A DNA stretch of 64,000 bases from the human T2T-CHM13v2.0 reference genome, Homo sapiens: NCBI RefSeq assembly GCF_009914755.1, contig NC_060943.1; one strand, written 5' to 3'. This document shows, piece after piece, positions 38,114 to 57,364 of the stretch (positions are counted from its first letter, which is position 1; each line of letters opens with the position of its first letter). The notes below the pieces were generated by a model that saw nothing but the letters and a program-made list of their open reading frames with translations, made no database searches and had not been told where the DNA came from. The position numbers were made by a program, and so were the translations under genes.

Positions 38114-38990
38114 TCAGAATCTCCCCCCAGAGAAACATGAGAACATGTGTACCTGAAAACCAGGGCAGAACAAGGATTTCCTTGCGGCACTGCTTGTGAT
38201 ACGGAATAAACGTCATCCTCGTAAAAGTTAATACTTAGGGAACCCACTACCTGCCAGGCACTCTTCTAAGCTCTTTGCCTATTTTAACTCAATCATCACA
38301 TCAACATATAAGGCAGGAAGGGAAAAACTCCATCCACACTGCTCCTTCTCAAGACTGAGAATTTACAAAGACAGGCCTCTCTGCCCTCCACCTGCCAAGC
38401 TAACTAGGGGTTTCCTCTTCATCCGAGTCTCCCTGGGCTGAGTTGCTTCACAGAAATAGGTTTAGGGGAGTGCAGTCCAGGTTGTGAAGGGTCCCCCGGA
38501 TGTGTTGGATCTAGGGTTGTGGGAATGGGGCCATACGGAGTCCCAGATGGGGCACCAGAACTTCAAGAAGGGCAGGGCTGAGTGCCCCAGGGTGTCCAGA
38601 GTCCCAGGCCAGGTGGGGAACTAAGCGGGGGAGGATGAGACCGGTGAGGGGGCGGGGCTGCCCCCCCAGGGCCTGGTTAGTTACAAGGCCTGGAGGTGGG
38701 GCCAGTCCCAGGATTGGGCCGCCAGAGTTCTAGCGGGCGGGGCCAAGCGCTCAGAAGGCGGGTCGAGGGGCTGGGTGCACCCTAGGATTGGGCAGTCGGA
38801 ACGATGGGAGGCGGGGCCACGAGCCAGGCGCGTCCCGGCCAGGCAGTACGAGACCCAGGCCGCCGGCCCGGCTCCTGGGCGGGGTCCGCAGGTGCCGGGG
38901 GCTGGCCCTAGAAGCGGAGGGGGCGGGGTAAAGCCCGGCGGGGTCTGGGGGCGTCTCCTCCCTCCCTCCCTCGGGGCCAGGCCCCCTCAC

Positions 38991-39289
38991 CCGTGGCGGC
39001 CGCTCCGCTGGCCGCGCTCCAGAGAGATGAGGTAGGCGGCGAGCTTGGCGTCGCTCCAGCCGCTGCGGCGCCGCAGGTCCACCCAGGGCCCGTGCGCCTC
39101 GCCCAGGTACACGCGCCGCACGTCGTACTTCTTCCGGGACTCGAGCCGTCGCCGGGCCCGGTCCGACTCCGTGAGTCGCGGCCGGCCCCGCGCCTTTCGG
39201 CCCGCTGCGCCCTCCTCGGCTGCTGCCTCCCCGCCCGCGCCCGCCTCAGCCTCCGCCTCCGCCTCGGGCTCTAGCGCCCGCTCCGCCAT
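38991..39289 (-). CDS. ZNF653: ZNF653 exon 1 coding part (AT-hook-like RKARGRPR)
   Basis: GGGATGG start at 39289; MAERALEPEAEAEAEAGAGGEAAAEEGAAGRKARGRPRL...SGRHG; donor GG|GTGAGG; 299 nt. Confidence 0.96.
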
Positions 39290-39333
39290 CCCCCCCACCC
39301 TGGTTACCAGCCTCCCCCGTTGTTAGGAGCCAG

Positions 39334-39459
39334 ACCGGAAGTGGCGCGCATCTTCGGCGCCGCCGAGAAATTTCTCACGGTCTCTCGCTGCCCCAGGGCG
39401 CCAAAAGGAGACCAAGAATGGAAACTGCGCATGCGCACAACCAACAGCGCTCCCGCCCC
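39334..39459. promoter_or_regulatory. ZNF653: ZNF653 core promoter: ETS/GABP ACCGGAAGTG (39334-39343), NRF1 TGCGCATGCGCA (39426-39437), GC box (39453-39459)
   Basis: Perfect consensus motifs 45-170 nt upstream of the ATG, in a CpG island (~38600-39900). Confidence 0.8.
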
Positions 39460-39461
39460 TT

Positions 39462-39467
39462 TTTATT
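39462..39467 (-). terminator. ECSIT: ECSIT polyadenylation signal AATAAA
   Basis: Plus-strand tttatt, 220 nt after the ECSIT stop, followed on the minus strand by GU-rich TGTTGGTTGTG. Confidence 0.85.
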
Positions 39468-39686
39468 TGAATTCGGAGAACCAGAGGCGCCTGCAGATTC
39501 TGGAGGGGTCTCGCCTGCCCATCGCTGGCAGCCCGAGATCCTGGGGAGGGGATGCCATACTGCTAGAGATGAGGGAAGAGAGCCCCAAGCAGGAAAACAT
39601 TGATTTGCTGTACACTCAAAGGGCATCTCATGCCTTCAGTCCACCGCCTCCTCGGGCCACAGCCCGTGCCCTCGCGCCGGCTCAGA

Positions 39687-40389
<703 letters not shown>

Positions 40390-40959
40390 TAGGCTGCCCA
40401 CTCCACACTTCACCCGGGCGATGACTCCTGGTTTTTCTGTATTCTGCCAGGAAGGCCTCCTGACCCCCCACTCAAGGCATGCTCCTCTCCTAAGCTCCCC
40501 AAAGTGTAATTTGCCTGTTCCCTTGCTGACTCGAGGGACTAGGTTTGTCCTGGTGACACCCAGTAGCCAGCACAGAGTTGTAGGAGGGAGGGAATGAACA
40601 AGGGCCAACAGGGCTGGGTGACCTCAGGTCTGGAGCCCCTGGGGCAAATGAGTGTGTGCGGCCGGAGGACGAGGGTGTAAGTGGACTGCGTCTCAGCCTG
40701 GGCCTACCCCTTGACCCCAGAGGCCGCCCCTCATCCTGGGTGGTGTTTGGAATGTTTGGAAGTCCTGCCTGTCCAGGTTTTTGCCTTTTTTTTTTTTTTT
40801 TTTGACACAGGGTCTATCATGTAGGCTGGAGTGCAGTGGCTCTATAATAGTTCACTGCAACCTCAACTCCTGGGCTCAAGTGATCCTCCCACCTCAGCCT
40901 GTAGGAGGGCTGGGATTACGAGCACACATGTGAGCCACCGCACCTGGCCCAGTTTTTAC

Positions 40960-41065
40960 CTTCATTGATGTCAAACTCGTAGTTGTCCCAGCCACTCCTC
41001 ACATACTCCAGGTCCAGCTGCATCGGGTAGTAGAGGTTCCACTCCTCCGGCGTCTCTTCCACTTC
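40960..41065 (-). CDS. ECSIT: ECSIT exon 7
   Basis: EVEETPEEWNLYYPMQLDLEYVRSGWDNYEFDINE; gagtag| ... G|GTAAAA; 106 nt. Confidence 0.93.
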
Positions 41066-41204
41066 CTACTCCAAGGTGGGGAGTGCAGGCGGGGTCAGAG
41101 GCCAGGGCTCTCTCGGTCTCCCTCCTCCAGCCTCTCCCATGCACCCTCAGGGTAGTGCCAGCCCACTCCCCAGCCCCAACACATGCTTTGCTTTAAGCCC
41201 TCAC

Positions 41205-41353
41205 CCTCTCCTCCGGGGGCAGCAAGTCAGCTCTGAGGATGTGGTAATACACACACTTGTTGCGGAGCCACAGGGAGAAGGGGCCCTCAACAAAGACAGG
41301 CCGGGCTGGATTGTGGCGGGCCAGGGCGGCCTGCTGATCGGGACTCTGGATTC
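41205..41353 (-). CDS. ECSIT: ECSIT exon 6
   Basis: [50 protein letters not shown]; caccag| ... |GTGAGG; 149 nt. Confidence 0.94.
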
Positions 41354-41493
41354 CTGGTGTGGAGACATACATGCCCTGTGCCCTGCAAGGGACTCGGCCC
41401 AGAGGCCCAGGGAGCCCAGCCTAGGCCCAGCGAGAACCTGGCAGGGCCTGGGTAAGGTTAGAGACTTGGCTGCCCCCATGCTCTCGGACTTAC

Positions 41494-41551
41494 CTACGAT
41501 GTGGGGCTGGGGGGGATCTGCTGCACCTGTTGAGTCTTTGGGCAAAGGAAC
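41494..41551 (-). CDS. ECSIT: ECSIT exon 5
   Basis: VPLPKDSTGAADPPQPHIV; cttgcag| ... G|GTAAGT; 58 nt. Confidence 0.93.
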
Positions 41552-41993
41552 CTGCAAGGGAGAGTAGGGATATAATCTTGTAACCCCCAATCCCCTACAG
41601 AGGAACTGGGGACAGAGAAACAGAAAGGGGGATACCAGGGAATTCAGGACACCTCTCCTGGATCTGGTACACGGCCCTCCAACCTGTCCCCTCCTCCCTC
41701 TGTCCCATTTGGCAATAACCACCAATCTTTAGGATGCTCACCCTGAGGGAACTACCCTAGAACCAGCCCACCTTTGTCAAAATCCTGGCTCTGTCACAAG
41801 CTGTGTGACCTTGGCCAAGTCACTGTACCTGTGTGCCTCAGTTTCTCCAGATGCACAATAGGGATGATAACAGCACTTAATTCCGATTTTTTTTTTTTTT
41901 TTAGGGATGGGGGTCTCCCTCTCTGTCATCCATGCTGGAGAATGGTGGCATGATCATAGCTCACTGTAGCCTTGAACTCCTGGGCTCAAGTGA

Positions 41994-42293
<300 letters not shown>

Positions 42294-42969
42294 TGATCCG
42301 CCTGCCTTGGCCTCCCAAAGCACTAGGATTATGGGCATGAACCTAACTTTGGGTGGTTGTAAAATATGTAGCACAGTCCCTGGCAAATAATAAGTGCTCA
42401 GTGCTTGTGAATTAAAAAAAGAAAAATAACTTCACATATACAGAATATCCCAGGAAGGAGACACTAGAAGCAAATGATAGCTTTCACCTCTGTGGAGGAC
42501 AGGGTGGGAAGGAATACCTTTTTTATCTTTTAAAATTTTATACCTTGAACATAATTCAAAAACACTAGACAATTTTTTTTTTTTTTTTTTGGGACAGAGT
42601 TTCGCTCTTGTTGCCTAGGCTGGAGTGCAATGGGGCTTGATCTCAGCTCACCGCAACCTCCACCTCCTGGGTTCAAGTGATTCTGCTGCCTCAGCCTCCC
42701 GAGTAGCTGGGATTACAGGCATGCACCACCACGTCTGGCTAATGTCTGTATTTTTAGTAGAGACAGGGTTTCTCCATGTTGGTCAGGCTGGTCTCAAACT
42801 CCCAACCTCAGGTGATCCACCTGCCTCAGCCTCCCAAAGCATTGGGATTACAGGCATAAGCCACTGCGCCCCGCTGACAAAGTTTTTTTTTTTTTAACAA
42901 AATGCACTTGCTTTTGAAACAAAACAGTGGACAGCTATTAGAACATATATCATTCATCCTTTCAAGTTA

Positions 42970-43309
<340 letters not shown>

Positions 43310-43391
43310 CTAGTTGTATTAAATGAAATTTGTAAAAGGCAAGGTACATGTATATAATGCCCTGCTACTAAAGAAACTTTTTTTTTTTTGA

Positions 43392-43802
<411 letters not shown>

Positions 43803-45096
43803 TGAGTAGCTGGGGCTACAGGTGTGCACCACCACTCCCAGCTAATTTTCGTATTTTTTTGGTAGAGATGGGGTCTTGCCATGTTGCCCAGGCTGGTCTC
43901 GAACTCCTGGGCTCAAGCAATCCATCTGCCTCAGCCTCCCAAAGTGCTGGGATTACAGGCATGAGCCACTGTGCCTGGCTGTATTTTACTCCATAAGACG
44001 GGGGAGAAGGATATTTAAATACAAAGGATACAGATGCCAAAAAAAAAAAGAGAGAGAGAGAGAGAGATCTGCTTGCAAATGTATAGAACCTCTCTGGAAG
44101 GAGACATGGAAATAGTCACCTCTGGGGAGGGAGACGGGCGGCGTCAGGGGCAGCGCACGGGGCCTGGGTAGAAGCAGAGGACTCGTCACTGTGTGCTTTT
44201 ACATGCTGTTTGGCTTTTTAGTGCATTGCTTTGCAAAATGAAGAAATGAACTAAAAACAACCCTCCCCCCCACATTCTGCTGCTGGTCTCAAGCCATCTC
44301 TCACCTGGACCCACGACCCTGGTCCCCTAGCCCCTCTCCCCATCCAACAGCATCCACACGGCTGCCAGGAGACACGTTTCCAATTGCAGATTCTTCCAGA
44401 AACATGATTCCAACCCGATTCCTTCTTCTTAAATCTCTGCCCCCCCACCCCCGGCATAGCTCTCCCCACCAACCAAGAGGTTTGAGATCAAGCTCTTTAA
44501 TCAGGTGCCCCCACTCACTGCACCGCATTTCCTGGTACACACTGCTCCCTCTGCCCAGCGTCCTCTGCTCTCCTTACCTCCCCCAGGAAGCCCCACCTGC
44601 CCACTCGGCTCCCACAGCACCCCGGGCTTCTCCATCTCAGAACCACTGGCTCTTAAGGAAACTGTTATCTGTCCAGGACCACATGACAAGTGCTGTGAGG
44701 GGCTCTCTTTGGATCCCTTGTGTGATCTGGCATGAGTGGGGGCTCCCAGGACACTGAGTTGAGGGTGTTACTCCACTCAGTCATTCAACAAACCACTGCC
44801 AAGTGTCAGCTTTGCACCAAATCCTGTGCTCAGCCTTGGGAGACAGGAGGGAGACTGAGTCATGGTGAATGAGGAACCAAGCCAAGCACGGTGAAGGGGT
44901 GGTGCCTTGGCCAGGGAGGTCAGGAAGGGCATCCTGATTAGGAACAGTGGAGCTGAGACCGGAATAACATGAAGTCCATGGGGAACAGTGTTCCTGGCAG
45001 AAGGAACAGAGAACGCAAAGCCCTGTGGTGAGAATTGGCACAGAAAATAAGGAAGATGCCTAGAATGTAGCAAGTGTTGGGAGAAGGATGGGAGGG

Positions 45097-46074
<978 letters not shown>

Positions 46075-46154
46075 GAGGTCACTCAAGCTGTGCTAGCAGT
46101 AAGGACCATGGGAACCTACCAGGGGACTCAGCCAGAGAATCAGAACTCAATTCA

Positions 46155-46292
<138 letters not shown>

Positions 46293-46295
46293 TTA

Positions 46296-46460
<165 letters not shown>

Positions 46461-46558
46461 TCACCACAATCACTAGAGTGAGAGAAGGGGAGCCCAGGGG
46501 AGGAATGGCGGGAGCCTGGCCTGGGGTGGCAGCTGACGCTGTAGACAAGGGCGGATAC

Positions 46559-46782
46559 CTGGTAGATGGTGACCCTGGCACTAAGGTCAGGCTCCATGTG
46601 CCGCAGGCCAAACATGGCCAGCTCCACAGGGTCCTGGGGCAGGTCCCGGGGCACTGGGAAGGGGTTGACGTTCATGAATCGAGGGAACCACAGCTTCAGG
46701 CGCACCAACTTGAGCATGGGGTAGCTTTTGCGTCCAAAGATCTGAATCAGCAGGAACTCCGTCTCCTTGTTGGGCATCACAC
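46559..46782 (-). CDS. ECSIT: ECSIT exon 4
   Basis: GVMPNKETEFLLIQIFGRKSYPMLKLVRLKLWFPRFMNVNPFPVPRDLPQDPVELAMFGLRHMEPDLSARVTIYQ; 224 nt. Confidence 0.96.
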
Positions 46783-47022
46783 CTGTGCTGGGCAGATGCA
46801 GGCAGAACCTCAGAGATGGAGGGGGAGGAGGGAAGGGAAGAGGAGAAAAGAAAACAGTGAAGTGAGGGAATTGATCACAGACAGGGAGAAAAGAATCAGA
46901 GAGAATTAGAAAGAAAAAGGCTCATGCCTGTAATCCCAGCACATTGGGAGGCCAAGGGGAGAGGATCACTTGAGTCCAGGAGTTTGAGAGCAGCCTGGGC
47001 AACATAGTGAGACCCCATTTCT

Positions 47023-47215
47023 AAAAGAAAGAGAGAAAGAGAGGAAGGAAGGGAGGGAGAGAGAGGCAGGGAGGAGAGGAGAAGAGAGGAGAGTGGGGGG
47101 AGGAGAGGGAGGGAGGGGGGAGGGGAGGGGAGGTCAGAGGGAGGCAAGAAAGAGAGATGAGTGATGAAAAGAGGGATTGGGAGAGGGAGAAGAGCGAGAG
47201 AGACAGAGACGGAGC
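47023..47215 (+). repeat. GA-rich polypurine low-complexity tract in ECSIT intron 3
   Basis: Almost pure A/G run (gaggaaggaagggagggagagagagg...). Confidence 0.9.
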
Positions 47216-47306
47216 CATGGAGGAAGGAGGGGCTGAGACTCAGGAGAGGTGCTGCCAGCTATCAGTGTAGCCCACTCCCCACCCTGCGCCAGCCTCCTGG
47301 CCTCAC

Positions 47307-47724
47307 CGTGGTTCTCCATCTGCTCCAGGACAGCAATCCCACACTCCTGCTGCCGAGGGTAGTGGACGAAGATGCGCTGGATGATGTTGCGAGGCCGGAA
47401 GACCTCCTTGGGGAAGATGTTGAGCAGCTGGTTGTACACAGCCAGGTCCCGCTCGACACCATACTCCCGCATCTTGCGCAGGGCCAGGTAGATGAAGTCA
47501 ATGTGGCCCCGCTTACGCACGCTGTGCTCCGCAAATTTCTGCACCGTCTGCAGGAAGCTCGCCTTGTCCCGTTCCCCACCAGGCGCCTGCCCAAACAGGT
47601 CCTCAAAGGGCACCAGAGCCTTGGTGGGCCTCTGCCGGGGTTCCGGTGGGCTGGGAACCAGGGACTGTTCAGAGCTATGGGCAGCTGCGCTGCAGTGGAG
47701 GCCCCGAGGGAGCCGGCGAGGGAC
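47307..47724 (-). CDS. ECSIT: ECSIT exon 3
   Basis: VPRRLPRGLHCSAAAHSSEQ...RKRGHIDFIYLALRKMREYGVERDLAVYNQLLNIFPKE...EQMENH; 418 nt. Confidence 0.96.
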
Positions 47725-48342
47725 CTGGGGAGGGAGGAGAACTGCTGGAATCTGGCACCTCTCAGTGTCTATGGGGGGCCGCCAGGCTGGCTCTTTCCTC
47801 AGAGAGGTCCCAGTGGCCTCCCTGAGGACTCGGAGGTATGGAACTGTGGTTACAAACCCAAGATTCGAGGCCATTACAAAGTGCGATAAAACACAATGCT
47901 GGCACAGTAGGGAGGAAACAGGCACTGTTAGCCATGGCTACGGGGAGCTGGTAAAAACTGCCACGGAGGCAACTTGGTAATATTCACAGTGATGACACAC
48001 ACATGCCGGTTTTTTTTTGGGTTTTTTTTTTTGGTTTTTTTTTGAGACGGGGTCTGGCTCTGTGGCCTAGGCTGGAATGTAGTGGTGCTACTGTGGCTTA
48101 CTGCAGCTTTCAACTCCTGGGCTCAAGCAATTCTCCTCCTCACCCTGTCCAGCAGCTGGAACTACCGGTGTACACCACCACACCTGGCTAATTTTTAAAT
48201 TTTCAGCAGAGACGGGAGTCGCACTATTTTGCCCAGGTTGGTCTTGAACGCCTGGCTTCAAGTGATCATCCCGTCTCCACCTCCCAAAGTGTTGGGATTA
48301 CAGACATGAGCCACTGTGCCTGGTGGCCCTTTTTGCTTGTAA

Positions 48343-48786
<444 letters not shown>

Positions 48787-48888
48787 TAGTAGAGACGGGG
48801 TTTCACTGTGTTAGTCAGGATGGTCTCGATCTCCTGACCTCGTGATCCGCCCGCCTTGGCCTCCCAAGTGCTGGGATTACAGGCATGA

Positions 48889-49221
<333 letters not shown>

Positions 49222-49549
49222 TGACTCCCTGGTTCAAGCAATTCTTCTGCCTCAGCCTCCCAAGTAGCTGGGATTACAGGCACATGCCACCATGCCCAGT
49301 TAACTTTTGTATTTTTAGTAGAGACAGGGTTTCACCATGTTGGCCAGGCTGGTCTTGAACTCCTGACCTTGTGATCCGCCCACCTCGGCCTCCCAAAGTG
49401 CTGGGATTACAGATGTGAGCCACCATGCCCGGCCTAATTTTTGTGTTTTTAGTAGAGACGGGGTTTCACCATGTTGGCCAGGATGGTCTCGAATTCCTGA
49501 CCTAAGGTGATCCACCCACCGTGGCCTCCCAAAGTGCTGGGACCCTTTA

Positions 49550-49812
49550 AGAGATGGAGTCTAGCTATGTTGCCCAGGCGGGAGTGCAGTGGCTATTCAC
49601 AGGCATGAGCCAACTGGTCAGCACAGGAGTTTTGACCTGCTGTTTCCAACCTGGGTCAGTTCACACTTCCTTAGGCAACCTGGTGGTCCCCCAAGTCCCA
49701 GGAGGTCACAATATTAAGCAAAACTTAGTGCAGGACACTCCATCAGCATAGTGCACAACAGCCCAGAACTCCTGGGCTCAAGTGATCCTCCCACCTCAGC
49801 CTCCAGAGTAGC
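49550..49812 (-). pseudogene. 7SL (SRP RNA) pseudogene, 5'-truncated by ~30 nt
   Basis: Contains the 7SL S-domain absent from Alus (reverse complement ...GACCACCAGGTTGCCTAAGGAAGTGTGAAC...GCAGGTCAAAACTCC...TGTGAATAGCCACTGCACT), with many substitutions. Confidence 0.9.
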
Positions 49813-50992
49813 CAAATTCTGGTTCTAGATGACACAGTAACAAATTTCTTATTTTAAATTGAATTTTTAAATTAGAAGGGTTACATATAAGGCATCTTAA
49901 AAATATACAGCTAGTTATCAAGGTTGTACTGTGCTTTGATTGCACCACCGCATTGCAGCCTGGGCAACATAGTGAGACTCCATCTCTCTATGAAAAAATA
50001 AAAAAATAAGCGGGGCGTGGTGGTGTATACCTGTAGTCCCAGCTACTCAGGAGGCTGAAGCAGGAGGACTGCTTAAGCCCAGGAATCCCAGGCTGCAGTG
50101 AGCTATGATTGTGTCACTGCACTCCAACCTGAACGAGAGAGTAAAACCTTATCTCTAAAAAATAAATGAATGTGTGTGTGTTTATCTACACACACACACA
50201 CACACACACAAAACGCTAACAAGTAAGAGCCAATATTAGTCCAGGCTCGGTGGCTCACACCTGTAATCCTAGCACTTTGGGAGGCTGAGGCGGGCAGATC
50301 ACCTGAGGTCAGGAGTTTGAGACCAGCCTGGGCAACCTGCTGAAACCTCATGTCTACAAAAAAATACAAAAATTAGCCAGGCATGGTGGTGAATGTATGT
50401 AGTCCCAGCTACTCAGGAGGCTGAAGTAGGCAGATCAATTGAGACTGGCGGGTCGAGGTTGCAGTGAGCCAAGATCACGCCACTACACTCCAGCATGGGC
50501 AACAGAGCGAGACCCTATCTCAAAAGAAAGAGACAATATTTACCAAATATTCTTCCACTGTAGACACAGTTGAGCACTTTACAAATGTGAGGCCCTAGGT
50601 GGGGGGTACTCTTACTGCACTCATTTTACAGATGAGAAAAACCAAGGCTCAGGAAGATGAAGTGGGATGCACAGTGTTACACAGCTGCAAAGCATCAGAG
50701 CTGAGAATGGAGTCAGTGCCCTCAGTCCCCCTACTCTGCGGTCCCCACAGCCATCCCATATCGTTCTTTGATAAGGCAATGTTAAAAAAAAAAAAAGGCA
50801 TTCATTTACAGTAAAATTTCAGGTTGGGCGCAGTGGCTCGTGCCTGTAATCCCAGCACTTTTGAGAGGCGGGTGGATCACTTGAGGTCAGGAGTTTGAGA
50901 CCAGCCTGGCCAACATGGTGAAACCCCATCTCTACCAAAAATGCAAAAATTAGCCAGGTGTGGTGCCGCACACCTGTAATCCCAGCTACTCA

Positions 50993-51121
<129 letters not shown>

Positions 51122-52235
51122 TCAGTCAATTAATAATATAGGTGGTGTAGTATTGTACCACTTTGGGGTAAAAATCAGAAAGGAAGCTCTAAAATGCCTA
51201 ACGAGGGGGAAACACTGCAAAGGAGGTAATGTAAATGAAATGCATAGTGCGGGGCCGGGCACAGAGTAAGTGCTCAATATGGGAACTATTAATATTCCCA
51301 CCATCATCGTTATTGCTATCTATGGCTGTCAATCTGCTTTCGCCATCTGGTCACTATGGGTATAGGAAAGAAATTCAGTTTTCTGCCCCATCTTCACAAG
51401 TAGATGCAGGAGGAGCTGCTCACAGTCACCACACAAATCCACCGAGCTCATACATCCTTATTTTCAAAGTCAATCCCCTCACCCACGTAGGCACTAGCAT
51501 CTCTTAAATTAGGGTCCAGGCACAGTGGCTCACACTTGTAATCCTAGCACTTTGGGAGGCCAAAGTGGAAGGACTGAGGGCCCAGAGGTTCAAGACCAGT
51601 CTGGGCAACACAACAAGACCATATACTTAAAAAAAAAAAAAATTAGCGGCCGGGTGCGGTGGCTTATGCCTGTAATCCCAGCACTCTGGGAGGCCGAGGC
51701 GGGTGAATCACCTGAGGTCAGGAGTTTGAGACCAGCCTCGCCAACATGGCAAAACCGCGTCTCTACTAAAATTACAAAAATTAGCTGGGCGTGGTGATGT
51801 GCACTTGTAATCACAGCTACTCGGCAGGCTGAGGCAGGAGAATCACTTGAACCCAGGAGGCAGAGGTTGCAGTGAGCCAAGACCACGCCACTGCACTCCA
51901 GCTTTGGCGACAAGAGCAAAATTCCATCTAAAAAAAAAAAAATTAGCTGGGCATGGTGGCTCAAATCAGTGATCCCAGCTACTCAGGGGGCTGAGGTGGG
52001 AGGCTCATTTGAGCCCAGGAGTTTGAGGCTGCAGTGAGCCCTGATTCCACCACTGTACTCCAGCCTGGGTGATAGAGCAAGACCTTGTTTCAAAAAAATA
52101 AATAAATTATGGACTTTTGGCCAGGCGCGGTGGCTCACGCCTGTAATCCCAGCACTTTGGGAGGCTGACGCAGGTGGATCACTTGAGCCCAGAGTTCAAG
52201 ACCAGCCTGCCCAACATGGTGAAACCCCGTCTCTA

Positions 52236-52433
<198 letters not shown>

Positions 52434-52577
52434 CTAAGGACTTTTAATGGGACCTCGGCACTGATAGGCCAGCCCAGACTCACCAGAACTGGCTTCACAG
52501 AGTGGATTCTGAAGGAGTTGGGAGCAAATCCCAAGCTTACCTCCCTCTACCCAAAAGACTGCCTGGCTGGTGCTTAC

Positions 52578-52673
52578 CTGAGAGATGGAGGTTCCTGTGA
52601 GGGCGGCCCCGCAGGTGCCTCCCCAGGCCCTACAGAGGCCTCGGGCCAGTAGGGTGGCCTGGACCCAGCTCAT
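52578..52673 (-). CDS. ECSIT: ECSIT exon 2 coding part (mitochondrial targeting peptide); exon starts at 52696
   Basis: GGCATGA start; MSWVQATLLARGLCRAWGGTCGAALTGTSISQ; donor CAG|GTAAGC; acceptor ttcttttgggccag|GTGATT. Confidence 0.95.
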
Positions 52674-53137
52674 GCCTCTGCTTGTCAGACAATCACCTGG
52701 CCCAAAAGAAGATTCAGCATTAGCCTGGCACCTTACAGATGCTAACAGACGCAAGGGCCCCGCAGGGTCGAGGGCACACTCCAGATTATGTGGCTCACTC
52801 ACCAGCCCCAATGTTTACCTTACCCAAGAAACAGGCTGATGACTCAAAGACTTTGTTCTTGGGACAGCACCCTAATCCTGCTGCCCCAGGGGCGTGATCA
52901 TAGCTCAATGCAGCCTCCAACTTCTGGGCCCAAGTGATCCTCCAGCCCCAGAGCGTCGAGAAGCTGGGACTACAGACGCGTGCCACCATGCCCAGCTAAT
53001 TTGAAAATAGTTTGCAGAGACCCAGGGTCTTGCTGTGTTGCCCAGGCTGGTCTCGAACTGTTGGCTTCAAGTGATCCTCCCATCTCTGTCTCCAAAAGTG
53101 CTGGGATCATGGGTGTGAGCCAGCACTCCTAGCCACT

Positions 53138-54900
<1,763 letters not shown>

Positions 54901-55432
54901 GTACAGTTGACCCTTCATCAACAAAGGCTTGAACAGCATAAGTCCATTTATACGTGGATTTTTTTTTTTTTTTTCAGTAAAAGTTATGGCTGTACGTGGT
55001 GGCTAACGCCTGTAATCACAGCACTTCGGGAGGTCGAAGCAGGCAGATCACCTGAGGCCAGGAGTTCGAGAGCAGCCTGGCCAACATGGGAGAGACCCTA
55101 TCTCTACTAAAAAAACAAAAAAACAAAAATTAGCCAGGCTGGGGGCACACTCCTGCAGTCCCCAGCTACTCAGGAGGCGGAGGCAGGAGAATCACTTGAA
55201 CCCAGGAGGCAGAAGCTGCAGTGAGCCAAGATCGTGCCACTGCACTCCAGCCTGGGCGAAAGAGGAAGACTCTGTCTGAAAAATAAGAATAAGACCAGGT
55301 GTGGTGGCTCACGCCTGTAATCCCAGCACTTTGGGAGGCCAGGCAGGATAATCACTTGAGGTCAAGAGTTCAAGACCAACCAACCAACGTGGCAAAACCC
55401 CATCTCTACTAAAAATACAAAAATTAGCCAGG

Positions 55433-56067
55433 CTCCTTTTGCCGGTGGCGGCAAGCATGGAGAGGATGCCATGAAGGCCTCGGGCACACTACAAGAGTAC
55501 AAGGTGGTGGGTTGCTGCCTGCTCACTCCCAAATGCCACACACCACCCCTCTACCACATGCGAATCTTTGCACCTGATCATGTCGTTGCCAAGTCCCACT
55601 TCTGGTACTTTGTATCTCAGCTAAAGAAGATGAAGAAGTCTTCGGGGAGACTGTCAACTGTGGGCAGGCATTCGAGAAGTACCGCCTGCGGGTGAAGAAC
55701 TTCGGCATCTGGCTGCGCTACAAACTCCCAGAGCAGCACCCACAACATGTACCAGGAATATTGGGACCTGACCACCACGGGCGCTGTCACCCAGTGCTAC
55801 CGAGACATGGGCGCCCGGTACCCCACCTGGACCCATTCCATCCAGATCATGAAGATGGAGGAGATAGCAGCCAGCAAGTCCCACCGGCTGGCCGTCAAGC
55901 AGTTCCAAGACTCCAAGATCAAGTTCCCGCTGCCCCACCAGGTCCTGCGCCATCAGCACAAGCCACGCTTCACCACCAAAAGGCCCAACACCTTCTTCTA
56001 GGGGTAGGGCCCTCACCCAGGTGTGCCCCACGTAAACTCAGGAACGCCCCGGTAAAAAAAAAAAAAA
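55433..56067 (+). pseudogene. RPL18AP13: RPL18A processed pseudogene (probably RPL18AP13)
   Basis: 5'TOP ctccttttgcc, [14 protein letters not shown]...TTKRPNTFF* (55471-56001), no introns, -1 (~55643) and +1 (~55722) frameshifts, poly(A), TSD aaaaattagccag (55419-55431 / 56063-56075). The pseudogene number is from recall and less certain. Confidence 0.92.
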
Positions 56068-56856
56068 TTAGCCAGTCATGGTGGTACATGCCTGTAATCC
56101 CAGCTACTCAGGAGGCTGAGGTGGGAGAATTGCTTGCACCTGGGAGGCAATGTTACAGTAAGCTGAGATCGCGCCACTGCACTCCAGCCTGGGTGACCGA
56201 GTGAGACTCTGTCTCAAAAAAATTAATTAATTAAATTTAATTAAATAAAAGTTACAACTTTAAACACTGAGGGGCTAGTAAAAAGAAAAAAGGTCGGGCA
56301 CGGTGGCTCACGCCTGTAATCCCAGCACTTTGGGAGGGTGAGGCGGGTGGATCACGAGGTCAGGAGATCGAGACCATCCTGGTTAACACGGTGAAACCCC
56401 ATCTCTACTAAAAATACAAAAAAAATAGCCAGGCGTGGTGGCAGGCACCTGTAGTCCCAGCTACTCAGGAGGCTGAGGCAGGAGAATGGTGTGAACCCGG
56501 GAGGCGGAGCTTGCAGTGAGCTGAGATCACGTCACTGCACTCCAGCCTGGGTGACAGAGTGAAAGAAAAAAAAGTTACAGCTGAATGTGCCTGCCTCTCC
56601 ATCTACCTCCTCCACCACCTCTTCTGCCTCTGCCACCCCTAAGACAGCAGGACCAACCCCTCCTCTTCCTCCTCCTCCTCAGCTTACTCAATGTGAAGAC
56701 GATGAGAATGAAGACCTTTATGATGATCCACTTCCACCTAATGAATAGTAAATTCAATGTGTTTTCCTGATTTTCTTAATAACATTTTCTTTTCTTCAGC
56801 TTATTGTAAGATTATAGTATTATATATATATATAACATTAAAAAATATGTTAATCA

Positions 56857-57364
<508 letters not shown>

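Noticed and set aside
47161-47889. 242-aa plus-strand ORF (and similar ones at 17022-17675 and 20522-21022)
   Set aside because: Antisense shadows of real ECSIT or ZNF653 exons.
50171-50210. (TG)5...(CA)n inverted microsatellite hairpin
   Set aside because: Short Alu-tail simple repeat; common, with no supporting context.
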